A stretch of 63,943 bases of DNA, filler included. It is 6 parts of 6 records of this genome, joined end to end, with 100 filler letters (N's around TTAATTAATTAA, not from the genome) between each part and the next. Parts side by side here need not be neighbours in the genome. Positions count along the whole stretch, not along the records: positions 1 to 12,675 come from DRR723986_4875; 5 more parts are not named here. One strand, 5' to 3'. The notes below the pieces were generated by a model. That model was not told the origin of the DNA. It was given only the letters and a program-made list of their open reading frames with translations, and searched no databases. Each line of letters opens with the position of its first letter. The stretch's first letter is position 1. Made by a program: the position numbers and the translations under genes. Shown one piece after another: positions 1 to 8,514 of this stretch.

Positions 1-270
1 TCGAGGTGGCGGAGGGGTGGTCCTCGGGGGCGGTGGTCCCCTGATCACGCAGAGCTACGTCCTGTTTTTTCAGCCTGCCCGTTAAACGCCTGACACCGCC
101 CGCTAATGCCGCCATCCAGCCCGCTCAGCCGAACCCTAGCCTCAAACCTCAAATCACTCACGAATTTATCTCTGGTGCCGGCCCCAAAACATCAAACCCA
201 GGACTCCAACCCACTATCCGCAGAGCCAAATATCCCCAAATCCCAAAGACAGCCACAATCATCTACGCCG

Positions 271-1962
271 TCAGCGAACAGACAGACAGGTCTCAGTCAG
301 CTCACAAACGTCAATCTCGGCGCGGCGCGGATGCCCCGCCCAGAAAGCGCGCCGAATAAACAGCACCCGGTCCAAATGCTCGTAGGGCGCATTAAGTACC
401 AACAAGTATTCACTCCCAAACAGCGGATGCTCCAGCATCTCAGTACACATTTTTGTGCGGTAGTCGAGCAGCTCCTCCAAAGGCACGCAGCGCGTAAGCT
501 CGGCCATCGAAAGATATCCTTCTATAAAGTCTGGACGGCGGCGCAGCACATAGTCCATGTCGGTTTTGTCGTCGACCGGACCGGTGGGGTCAAATTCTCC
601 ATTGCGCGCAATATGCAAATCATTTATTCCGAGCATATCGATATGGCGCGCATCCACAACATATGGCATCTCCCCCGCCATAATTCCAGCTATCAACGTT
701 TGCGCGCTGCTCATGCTCTTCAGCCACAAAAAGTATGGGTTGAACGCCGCATTCTGCAGGCGCGGAAACTCGGCCGCAGCAGCGCGCGTCTGCCTCAGAA
801 ACTTGGCATTGCGCACCATTAAATACTTACCATTCATCGCAGCCAGCAGAATCAGCAAAAGAAGCACTCGCCCCCAGCGCAAACGCGGCATGATAAAACA
901 GAGACCGGCTGCAACGCTGACAGACCAAAACGGCAAGAGATGCAGCATGTGCCGCCACAGCGGAAAAGCCGTGTCATCATCGCCGCCAACCATTAAGATG
1001 TAAACACCGTGCAGCAGCGGAAACAACAAACAGAACAGTCCAAAGACACTGCCGCGCAGGCCGGCATCACGCCGCCGCAGAAACAGCTGCAGACCAAAAA
1101 CCACCACCACCAGCAGCACCGGCACATGTGAAGTCAGCCAGCGGTACACATATTCAAAGCCTAACAGCAGCTGCCGGGAGCCGCCACCGCTCACAGTGAA
1201 ATATGTATTCGGCAGCCATTCGCCATAATGCCACAGCCGCAAAACGGTCAGCAAAACAATGCTGACCAAAACCATTAGCAGAGCCGCGCGCCACAGTGCG
1301 AATTCACGCGCGCAAGCGCGGGAGCGCCACATGTGCAGCAACACAATCAAGAGAGCAAAAACGAAACCTTCCGGGCGCAGCCAGACGAGTAAACCAGCAC
1401 CGCCAATTACAGCCGGTCGCAGAAGCCTGGCTGACAAGCGCCCACGCGCCTCCAGCCCCGGAGCCAAAAACAAAAAGGCACTCAGACAGATAAAACTCGA
1501 AGTCTCCGTGCCGCCGGCGGCGTACCAGGCAAGTGGCAGATTAACACTCAACAGTACCGCCGCAAGCGCAAAAACATCACGCCCGGCCGGCAAGTCCTCA
1601 AACGCCGAATCCAAACTTGTGCCGCGGCCATACGCCAACGCCAAAAACAGATGCACCAGCATTAGATGCGCGAATATACCGCTGACTTTTGCAGTCGTCA
1701 ACCCCTGCATTCCGAGCCAATCGGCCGCCGCTAAAAACAGCATCCAAAGCGTTGAAGAGTACCCCTCCACACGCTCACCATCCAGATTCCAGGCCCCCAT
1801 ACCATGCCCCTCAGCCAAATGCTCAGAGTATCGCAATGTAATGTACGTTGCGTCCTGCGTCGGCGGAAAGTACAGCAGTCCCAGCGCCAACACCACCACA
1901 CTCAGCAGCATGCCGATTAGACGATGTTCACGGTTTGTAGATACTCTGCTGGAGTCTGACAC
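271..1962 (-). CDS. Multi-pass membrane protein, GT-C-like glycosyltransferase family
   Basis: 563 aa with about 11 hydrophobic segments; N-terminal loop DATYITLRYSEHLAEGHG...WN.DGERVEGYSSTLW, plus RPEG and PNTY motifs typical of uncharacterised GT-C-fold proteins. Confidence 0.65.
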   Translation of the reverse strand: MSDSSRVSTNREHRLIGMLLSVVVLALGLLYFPPTQDATYITLRYSEHLAEGHGMGAWNLDGERVEGYSSTLWMLFLAAADWLGMQGLTTAKVSGIFAHLMLVHLFLALAYGRGTSLDSAFEDLPAGRDVFALAAVLLSVNLPLAWYAAGGTETSSFICLSAFLFLAPGLEARGRLSARLLRPAVIGGAGLLVWLRPEGFVFALLIVLLHMWRSRACAREFALWRAALLMVLVSIVLLTVLRLWHYGEWLPNTYFTVSGGGSRQLLLGFEYVYRWLTSHVPVLLVVVVFGLQLFLRRRDAGLRGSVFGLFCLLFPLLHGVYILMVGGDDDTAFPLWRHMLHLLPFWSVSVAAGLCFIMPRLRWGRVLLLLILLAAMNGKYLMVRNAKFLRQTRAAAAEFPRLQNAAFNPYFLWLKSMSSAQTLIAGIMAGEMPYVVDARHIDMLGINDLHIARNGEFDPTGPVDDKTDMDYVLRRRPDFIEGYLSMAELTRCVPLEELLDYRTKMCTEMLEHPLFGSEYLLVLNAPYEHLDRVLFIRRAFWAGHPRRAEIDVCELTETCLSVR

Positions 1963-2076
1963 TCTGGATCCGGAGAGAGAAAATGATGACGGAGGCGGAA
2001 TAACTCATTCCATTAACAGCTTAGGCACCTGGCAACAGGTCCACTACCCTATACTCAAAAATAACAGTAGTCCGGC

Positions 2077-2802
2077 TTACTTCCTTACTCCACGTGCCAA
2101 CTCAATCATGGCACGGCGCGCATCCTGACTATTCTGCACCTGACTCAAAAACTGGATACGATGGTGTTGTGGTCCACGCCGTATCACAAATCCTTCAGCG
2201 TCAATTGAAACCATCTGCAATTCTTCATCCTCGGCGACTTCAGTTCCAGCGTAGGCATGCATATACTGCCGCAAATTATGCTGATGATCTTCGTTCATGT
2301 GCTCCACAATTGCGCGCTCAGCATCCTTATCAAATGGATTGGCGCGGCAGACCTCGGAAGCCTCCAGCCAGTGAATCCGCCCAAAGCCACCGATGTAGCG
2401 GATGGCCGTCGGCTGAATCTGGTAAAACTCAAAGTTGTGCGCCGTAGCATATCCGCGCGCCTCGGGAAACACGCGTAAATAACGATCCGCACCATCTGCA
2501 GCAACGGACTCAAGGCGATGTGCCTGCCCCACAATCGTCAGGCGCGCCGCCGCCTGTACGTCTGGATTGGCAACATCATAACACAAGAGCGAGACCTGCG
2601 GATGTTTCTGCACATTCTTGCGGTGCTGTGCAATCGTCGCCATCATCACAATCGGCATGCCCTGCGCGTCAATCGCATATGGCGTCAAAGACCCAAACGG
2701 GTATCCACCTTCGATCTCAACTGAAATTGTTGAGAGAACTCCATGCGACTGCGTTAGCAGCAAACTGCGCCCCTCAGCGTGGGCAGCCATGTCCAATTCC
2801 AT
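2077..2802 (-). CDS. HugZ/PNPOx-like split-barrel heme-utilisation protein with DUF2470 C-terminus
   Basis: GVLSTIS..GYPFGS, RYIGGFGRIHW and HMNEDH motifs; ATG at 2802 preceded by a GGAAGAGGA SD. Confidence 0.85.
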   Translation of the reverse strand: MELDMAAHAEGRSLLLTQSHGVLSTISVEIEGGYPFGSLTPYAIDAQGMPIVMMATIAQHRKNVQKHPQVSLLCYDVANPDVQAAARLTIVGQAHRLESVAADGADRYLRVFPEARGYATAHNFEFYQIQPTAIRYIGGFGRIHWLEASEVCRANPFDKDAERAIVEHMNEDHQHNLRQYMHAYAGTEVAEDEELQMVSIDAEGFVIRRGPQHHRIQFLSQVQNSQDARRAMIELARGVRK

Positions 2803-2957
2803 ACTTTGAGTCCTCTTCCTGACAGGTTGCATCAGTAATATGTGTCGGTTATGCGATGAGAATATCTCGGATCTTTTGCGGCTACTCACCGTGCCGACAA
2901 GCAGAATCAGGCCAAATTTTGCCCAAAATTTGAGTAGTGTTCTGCAATACTCAGGTA

Positions 2958-3920
2958 TTAGTCGGCAATCAATTCGATTTCAAACAGCTTCGGCCAATTT
3001 TTTCCGGTTACGAACAGACGCTCATTGTCTGCATCCCAGGCAATGCCGTTGAGCACTTCGGCGCGGCCGGTCGGGTCTGCGGATGGAGCTAAAATGCCAT
3101 GCATTTTTATCAGTCCCGTCACGCGCCCTTTTGCGGGATCGATCCGCGCTATCATGTCAGTTGTGTAGACGTTCGCCCAAATTTCACCGTTAATATATTC
3201 CAGTTCGTTCAGGTTGTTCAGCGCAGTGGCACCATCATGTACTTCAATGCTGCGGCGCACGCTAAAGTCCTCCGGATCGCGGAACTCCAGCCTGGCCGAT
3301 CCATTACTCATTATAAGGTCAGTACCATCAAAAGTCAGCCCCCAGCCCTCACCGTTATAGCGCAAAGTGTCAATTGGAGCAAAACTTTTGCGGTCATAGA
3401 CAAAACAAAGGCCCGAACGCCAGGTCAATTGATAAATTCGCTGCCCTACAACGCTAAGACCTTCGCCAAAGTAGCGACCTGCCAGGTTGTGCTGCTGCAA
3501 TACTTCACCGCTCTCCAGCTTCACACGCCGCAAACTGGACTGGCCCCACTGCCCCGTGCTCTCAAACAACTCACCATCGATTACTTGCAGGCCCTGCGTA
3601 TAGGCGAACTGGTCGTGCGTAAAAACATTTAGAACTTCATAGCGGTAATTCCTGACAAATGCAGGTTCCTCTGCTACTTCTATCGGCTCAGGGCGGTCCG
3701 GCAGCGGGTTCTGGCCCGGCCGGGCCTCAGCAACAGGATTGGTGGTTTTACTGTCCGGCGCGGCAGCTGTTGATTTGCCACTTTCCTGCCCGCCACCACA
3801 GGCGAACAGCAACACGCTGCCGGCTGTAAGCACAAGTAAAAACAGTTGTGAGCGCCATGCCTGCGCAACATTACAAGTCTCAAAAGGCCGTGCCTGGCGT
3901 ATTTCTGGTGTCAGCTTCAT
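2958..3920 (-). CDS. Glutaminyl-peptide cyclotransferase (type I, beta-propeller), lipoprotein
   Basis: YTQGL, FESTG, FGEGL, EGWGL, LNELE, VLNGIA and TGKNW motifs; LFAC lipobox; exact start uncertain. Confidence 0.92.
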   Translation of the reverse strand: MKLTPEIRQARPFETCNVAQAWRSQLFLLVLTAGSVLLFACGGGQESGKSTAAAPDSKTTNPVAEARPGQNPLPDRPEPIEVAEEPAFVRNYRYEVLNVFTHDQFAYTQGLQVIDGELFESTGQWGQSSLRRVKLESGEVLQQHNLAGRYFGEGLSVVGQRIYQLTWRSGLCFVYDRKSFAPIDTLRYNGEGWGLTFDGTDLIMSNGSARLEFRDPEDFSVRRSIEVHDGATALNNLNELEYINGEIWANVYTTDMIARIDPAKGRVTGLIKMHGILAPSADPTGRAEVLNGIAWDADNERLFVTGKNWPKLFEIELIAD

Positions 3921-4350
3921 GTCATTATAATATGGGCCATTTTACAGAGGCAATCTGTGGCATACACTTGAGCTGCATTGCCACAGGTTCTTCGTTATTG
4001 ACAGCAGGAGATTTAGACGCAGATGTGCACCGCCAAATTTGAGCCGCCTGAACTTGGTGCCAAACTGCACAAGACCGTACTCTCAAGCAGGGCTGCAGGC
4101 CCCAGGCCGTCCTGGATTCAGAAACACAAGGCAGCGCCGGTGCAGTCGGGTTTTGCAGTCTGAAGAATTGAAGGATTACAATCGGCTTGAGAATACCCGC
4201 TGGAAGCGGCTCAAGGAGCGTTTAGTAGCAGCTTAAATAGTTCAAATCTCAAGTGTTCGCGGCTTCTGCGTTCGCCATGGTGGTTCAGACGTAAAAATGC
4301 AAGCTGATACCCTTATAAATATTTGAGGCATGTGTACTTTTTGGTACAAA

Positions 4351-4565
4351 TCGGCGAATTTAGGACGCAAACACTGAATTGCGTCCTATAATTCATCGAA
4401 AAAACACCGTGTGATTTCCTTATTGGCGTGAAATCGTACGATTCCCTCGGATACGCTTCTCTCAGAATTTGGCAGAGACTACATCCGACAGTATATTTAC
4501 GACAAATGAATTCGGCGGCAGGGTTTGTTTACACTGCCAAAATCTTGCACGCCGAATTCATTTTC
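4351..4565 (+). ncRNA. Candidate structured non-coding RNA (four consecutive hairpins ending in a U-tract)
   Basis: Stems at 4361-4388, 4408-4440, 4447-4488 and 4504-4563; mismatches in the second and fourth stems read as G-U pairs on the + strand; no ORF. Confidence 0.35.
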
Positions 4566-4679
4566 TTGATCAAAGTGGTGAGTTGACCTAAGTGTCCGCG
4601 CTGATATACCAATCTTGCTGACGCCATTTTGTTACCAACATATCCGATGACACTGCCATATTTTCGGTTTGGTAACTGG

Positions 4680-4892
4680 TCATTCTTCGTTTTCATCAAG
4701 TCCCAAGAGATGAATGTACTCTGTTTGCGGACCAAAATGGGTTGTAACGTCCAGGAGCAATTGCTGATCTGAATGTACCGCCTGAATTTCAGGCTGATGA
4801 TCTTGCTCCATGATACGGATTTCGTCGATGTGATATTCGCCTGGGCTAACAATTACTGTCAAGTAAAGAAGGATGCTCAATAAGACTGTCAT
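4680..4892 (-). CDS. Small 70-aa protein with hydrophobic N-terminus and acidic, His-containing C-terminus
   Basis: MTVLLSILLYLTVIVSPG leader; AGGA SD upstream; hairpin 4631-4676 directly after the stop codon. Confidence 0.7.
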   Translation of the reverse strand: MTVLLSILLYLTVIVSPGEYHIDEIRIMEQDHQPEIQAVHSDQQLLLDVTTHFGPQTEYIHLLGLDENEE

Positions 4893-5068
4893 GGCGTGTA
4901 TTCCTGAAAAAGATTAGGACTGTGAAAAAGTACTTGCTACGAAGCTACACTGCTGCTTCAAAAAAATGTACCGAAAAGTACGGCCGCAATACCGCTTGTC
5001 ATTCAAAAATGTTATCTTAACCGAAGGCAATAACTTGTCATCAGTTGTCACTATCCGGCAGTGGTCTC

Positions 5069-6649
5069 ATGACTATCATCAGCGAAATTTTTGCGTTTAT
5101 CAAAACGAAATCCAGCCGCAAGCACCCGGCGCTGCGCTATTTCTTTAAATCTGACGCCAAGTACACCAAGTTGCTCGAAGGATTTACGAGCGGTGCATAT
5201 CGCGATGATAATGACGCGGCACTCGATTTGTACGGCACCGATGCCTCAGATCAACGTTATACAAACACGAAACATCGACTGATGAATCAGTTGATTTCGA
5301 CCACCTTATGTCTGAACATAGAACAGCCGGCCCACTCCGAATACCTCACAAATCTTTACAACGCTAAACGTGAACTTTTTGCAGCCGAAGTTTTTCAAAG
5401 CTTCGCAATGCATGATTCTTACTATTTCGTTATCCGCCGAGTACTGCCCAAGGCTATCAAATATCAGACTACGGATATCCAGTTGCGCTGCCACGAGCTC
5501 CTGCGCGACTACTATTCGATGTACGGCCCGGCGCACAAAGCCGGCGAACATGCCAAACAAGCCATGCAGCTCGCGGAAGTGCGTGTAGAGGAAATTCACG
5601 CTGCCAATACTCGCAATCGCATCATTGCTGAGTTTTCGCACAAAACGGAACCGCGCCCGGAACTGGCCAAGGCCCTGGAAGAAGATTGTGAACGCATTCA
5701 TACTGCAATTGAGAAAACTCAGTCGCGCGCGCTCATTCTCAGCGGCACTTCAACGCGCGGATTCCTGCTGCAACTTTATGGACGCTGGGAAGAAGCCCGC
5801 GAGGTCTTCAAAAGCCAACTGGCGTACCTGGATGAAAATCCACATCTCTCCGGCCCCAATCGGCGCACCCCGGCCTGCCTGAACATCGTCGTCTGCTCAT
5901 TATTTTTGCGCGACTACGAAACCGGCTTCAAGTATGCTGAGGAAGGTTTTGACAAACAGCGCAAAGAATCGGCTAACTGGTACAACTTTGCCCAGTGTTA
6001 TTTCCTGCTGGCCATGCATGCCGGAAATCATGCAAAAGCCGCCGAAATTTTCCGCCTCGTCATTTCACGCTCCAAATTCAGACGCTCCGCCACCCGCGTA
6101 GAGCTCTGGCAGGTCTTTGAAGGGTACCTGCGTTTTGCCTTGGGGCCACTGGAAGAGACGCAGATGCCGGAACACATCACCATCTACGGACGCAAATATA
6201 ATATTCATCGCTTCCTGAACGAAGTCCCAACCTTCCAGCAGGATAAACGCGGTGTCAATATCGCCATTCTTATCGTCCATATTCTTTTCCTCCTGCGCGA
6301 CCGCAAATTTGAACCGCTCGACAGCCGCATCCGCTGCATACAGGAATACATGAGCCGTCAATTGCGCCGTGACGATGGTTACCGCATCTACTACCGCACC
6401 GAATTGTTCATGCGCATGTTACGCGTCATGAAAAACAAGGAATATAATTACGCCGCTACCAAGGCACGCGCAAAACGCTATCTCGATAAACTCCACGAAA
6501 CTGCTGCGGTTGACCCTCAGGGTGATCCACGCGCATTGGAAGTGATTCCCTACGAGCAAATCTGGGACGGTATTATACGCGAACTCAAGGCCATTGAGCA
6601 GGAAGGTTGCCTGGTTCAAGCCCATTCCGATCGCCTCGAACACGCCTGA
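5069..6649 (+). CDS. Uncharacterised all-helical protein, putative N-terminal winged-HTH plus TPR-like repeats
   Basis: Long ORF with helical repeats (GRWEEAREVF, RDYETGFKYAEEG, GNHAKAAEIF); N-terminal DDNDAALDLYG..YTNTKHRLMNQL resembles a wHTH; ATG at 5069. Confidence 0.6.
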   Translation: MTIISEIFAFIKTKSSRKHPALRYFFKSDAKYTKLLEGFTSGAYRDDNDAALDLYGTDASDQRYTNTKHRLMNQLISTTLCLNIEQPAHSEYLTNLYNAKRELFAAEVFQSFAMHDSYYFVIRRVLPKAIKYQTTDIQLRCHELLRDYYSMYGPAHKAGEHAKQAMQLAEVRVEEIHAANTRNRIIAEFSHKTEPRPELAKALEEDCERIHTAIEKTQSRALILSGTSTRGFLLQLYGRWEEAREVFKSQLAYLDENPHLSGPNRRTPACLNIVVCSLFLRDYETGFKYAEEGFDKQRKESANWYNFAQCYFLLAMHAGNHAKAAEIFRLVISRSKFRRSATRVELWQVFEGYLRFALGPLEETQMPEHITIYGRKYNIHRFLNEVPTFQQDKRGVNIAILIVHILFLLRDRKFEPLDSRIRCIQEYMSRQLRRDDGYRIYYRTELFMRMLRVMKNKEYNYAATKARAKRYLDKLHETAAVDPQGDPRALEVIPYEQIWDGIIRELKAIEQEGCLVQAHSDRLEHA

Positions 6650-7144
6650 CCTCATAATACTTTAATCAGTCCATGCCGCCATGTCATGCAGTTGCATTGT
6701 GTAATTATTACCATGCAGCGATTGCCTGTCAAACGTTCGCGCTACAGTTTCAGCCAAAACCCCCTGACTAACTCTTGGACTAACTCTCTGTCTAATCATG
6801 AGCGCCGCGCCTTCTCTCCGGCTACACCGGATTCGCATGCTAGCTTCTTTTTCTTTTGTTAATAAACGCTCCACAAGACTCAAACAATCCAGCCTGCCCC
6901 ACTCCACACAGGCACAAAACCACCAGCCTATACAATCAGTGATTAACAAGAAAATCGCACAAGCCTGAGACCATCAAACGACCAGCGGGAAGTGACTGGG
7001 CTCAAAGCGCCAATCCCAGACTTCAGATTCGCGTCAAATAGTAAAATACGGCAGCATAAACTTCACAAGCGCAAATCAAACGAATCTCCGCAAAAGCCGG
7101 CACACAGCTTAACAAACGCTAATCCACACAGACGGCTTAACAGC

Positions 7145-7174
7145 CACAAACTTAACAAGCACAAACTTAACAAA
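7145..7174 (+). repeat. 15-bp tandem repeat CACAAACTTAACAAR x2 with degenerate upstream copies
   Basis: cacaaacttaacaag-cacaaacttaacaaa; related cttaaca words near 7108 and 7136. Confidence 0.6.
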
Positions 7175-7176
7175 CA

Positions 7177-8460
7177 TCAGTCAGAATAGGTAACGGTCAA
7201 AGTGACAACTAAAAGTTGGCCGGAGTCAGTCTGGAAAACCATCACAGAATCAGCGGCGTAGTCTGCGATATTTTTCTCAACAAAATCAACAGCCGATTTC
7301 TTTTCTTCCATCATTAACGAAGAACGCTCAAACGTGGCACGCAGCTTGCCGCCAATCGTGCGGACGAGTTCGCCAAACAGCTCAGCACAATCACTGCGCG
7401 AAGGGTTGGCGCCACCCAGAACCAAGGTAGTTAAGTCGTTGGCATCTACGCGCGAAGTAGTTAACAGCAAAGCCGCGCTAACGCCTTTACCACTATCTTC
7501 CAGAGTCATCAAGGCTTCCAGCTCCAGCAACACATCGTTGGCCAAATCCGATTTGGCAATACGCACTTCAGACTGCGCCATCACACCAATCGTCTGGTTA
7601 ACTGCCTTGTAAATTTCCTGCGGCAACTGCTCGGTCAGGAATTGACGCGGATTATCGGCCGTATCCTCGCCGTCACCCGCAAAGGTGTTAAAACGCTCCA
7701 GAAAAGTCTCAGGCACAAAAGTCTGGGCAATGTGTCCGTTAAAAAGTTCTTTATTATACTCGGTGTTATTATCGCGACTTAACAAAACGATGCGCACATC
7801 GGCACCGGCACTTTCGCGCAGTTTCTGCGCCAGCATTTCTTCGTTAAGCAAAGGCAAATCTTCGCCAATGAGCACCAGACGCGGATGTTCAGAAAGGAAA
7901 ACTTCAAGTCCCTCAGCACCGCTCTGCGCCATTAACACGCCAAACCGTTTTTCGAGCAAATTAGAACAAAACTTCAGGAAGTTTTCATCGGCACAGGCCA
8001 CCAGGACCTTGTCGCGATTCGTAAAACGCACCGTCATACGTTTATGTCCGCGCGCCTCACTTTTAATATTATCGATTAACAGGCTAAAGCGGGTGAGCGC
8101 AAAGTCATAATCGAGCGGTTTAAGAATGTAGTCGGAAACACCAAATTCCGTCAGGTCCTGAAATACGCGTTTGGATTTAGCGGCGGTCAGTACTATGACG
8201 GGCAGATAGGAAAATTGGGGGCAGCTGCGCAGGGCTTCCAGAACTTCACTGCCGCCCATGACCGGCATGTTTAAGTCCAGAACCACAAAGTCCGGCGCAT
8301 CGCGTTCGATAGCCTGCAGGCCTTCCAGCCCATTACGCGCTTCGGAAACCAGCACGCCAAACTTTTTTTTGAGCAAGGCGCGCAGATACGTACGATCCGC
8401 TTCACCGTCATCAATCACTAAGGCGCGCATGGCACGTTTTTGCGCTCCACTATCTCTCAT
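7177..8460 (-). CDS. Response regulator: REC + pseudo-REC + CheX/CheC-like domain
   Basis: Canonical REC (VIDD, VLDLNMP, LTA, KP); second REC lacks the acceptor Asp; C-terminal FGELVRTIGG resembles CheX. Confidence 0.8.
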   Translation of the reverse strand: MRDSGAQKRAMRALVIDDGEADRTYLRALLKKKFGVLVSEARNGLEGLQAIERDAPDFVVLDLNMPVMGGSEVLEALRSCPQFSYLPVIVLTAAKSKRVFQDLTEFGVSDYILKPLDYDFALTRFSLLIDNIKSEARGHKRMTVRFTNRDKVLVACADENFLKFCSNLLEKRFGVLMAQSGAEGLEVFLSEHPRLVLIGEDLPLLNEEMLAQKLRESAGADVRIVLLSRDNNTEYNKELFNGHIAQTFVPETFLERFNTFAGDGEDTADNPRQFLTEQLPQEIYKAVNQTIGVMAQSEVRIAKSDLANDVLLELEALMTLEDSGKGVSAALLLTTSRVDANDLTTLVLGGANPSRSDCAELFGELVRTIGGKLRATFERSSLMMEEKKSAVDFVEKNIADYAADSVMVFQTDSGQLLVVTLTVTYSD

Positions 8461-8514
8461 CTTCGGGCTCCGCTCTCACTCAGGAATACGTGATGCATAC
8501 TGGAAATGGCATTT

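Noticed and set aside
4529-4852. Alternative 107-aa ORF overlapping the small protein
   Set aside because: Weak start, no SD, and it runs through hairpins; the 70-aa frame is better supported.
4351-4892. Type I toxin-antitoxin or retron interpretation
   Set aside because: The protein is acidic rather than cationic, the candidate RNA does not clearly overlap the mRNA, and no reverse transcriptase is nearby.
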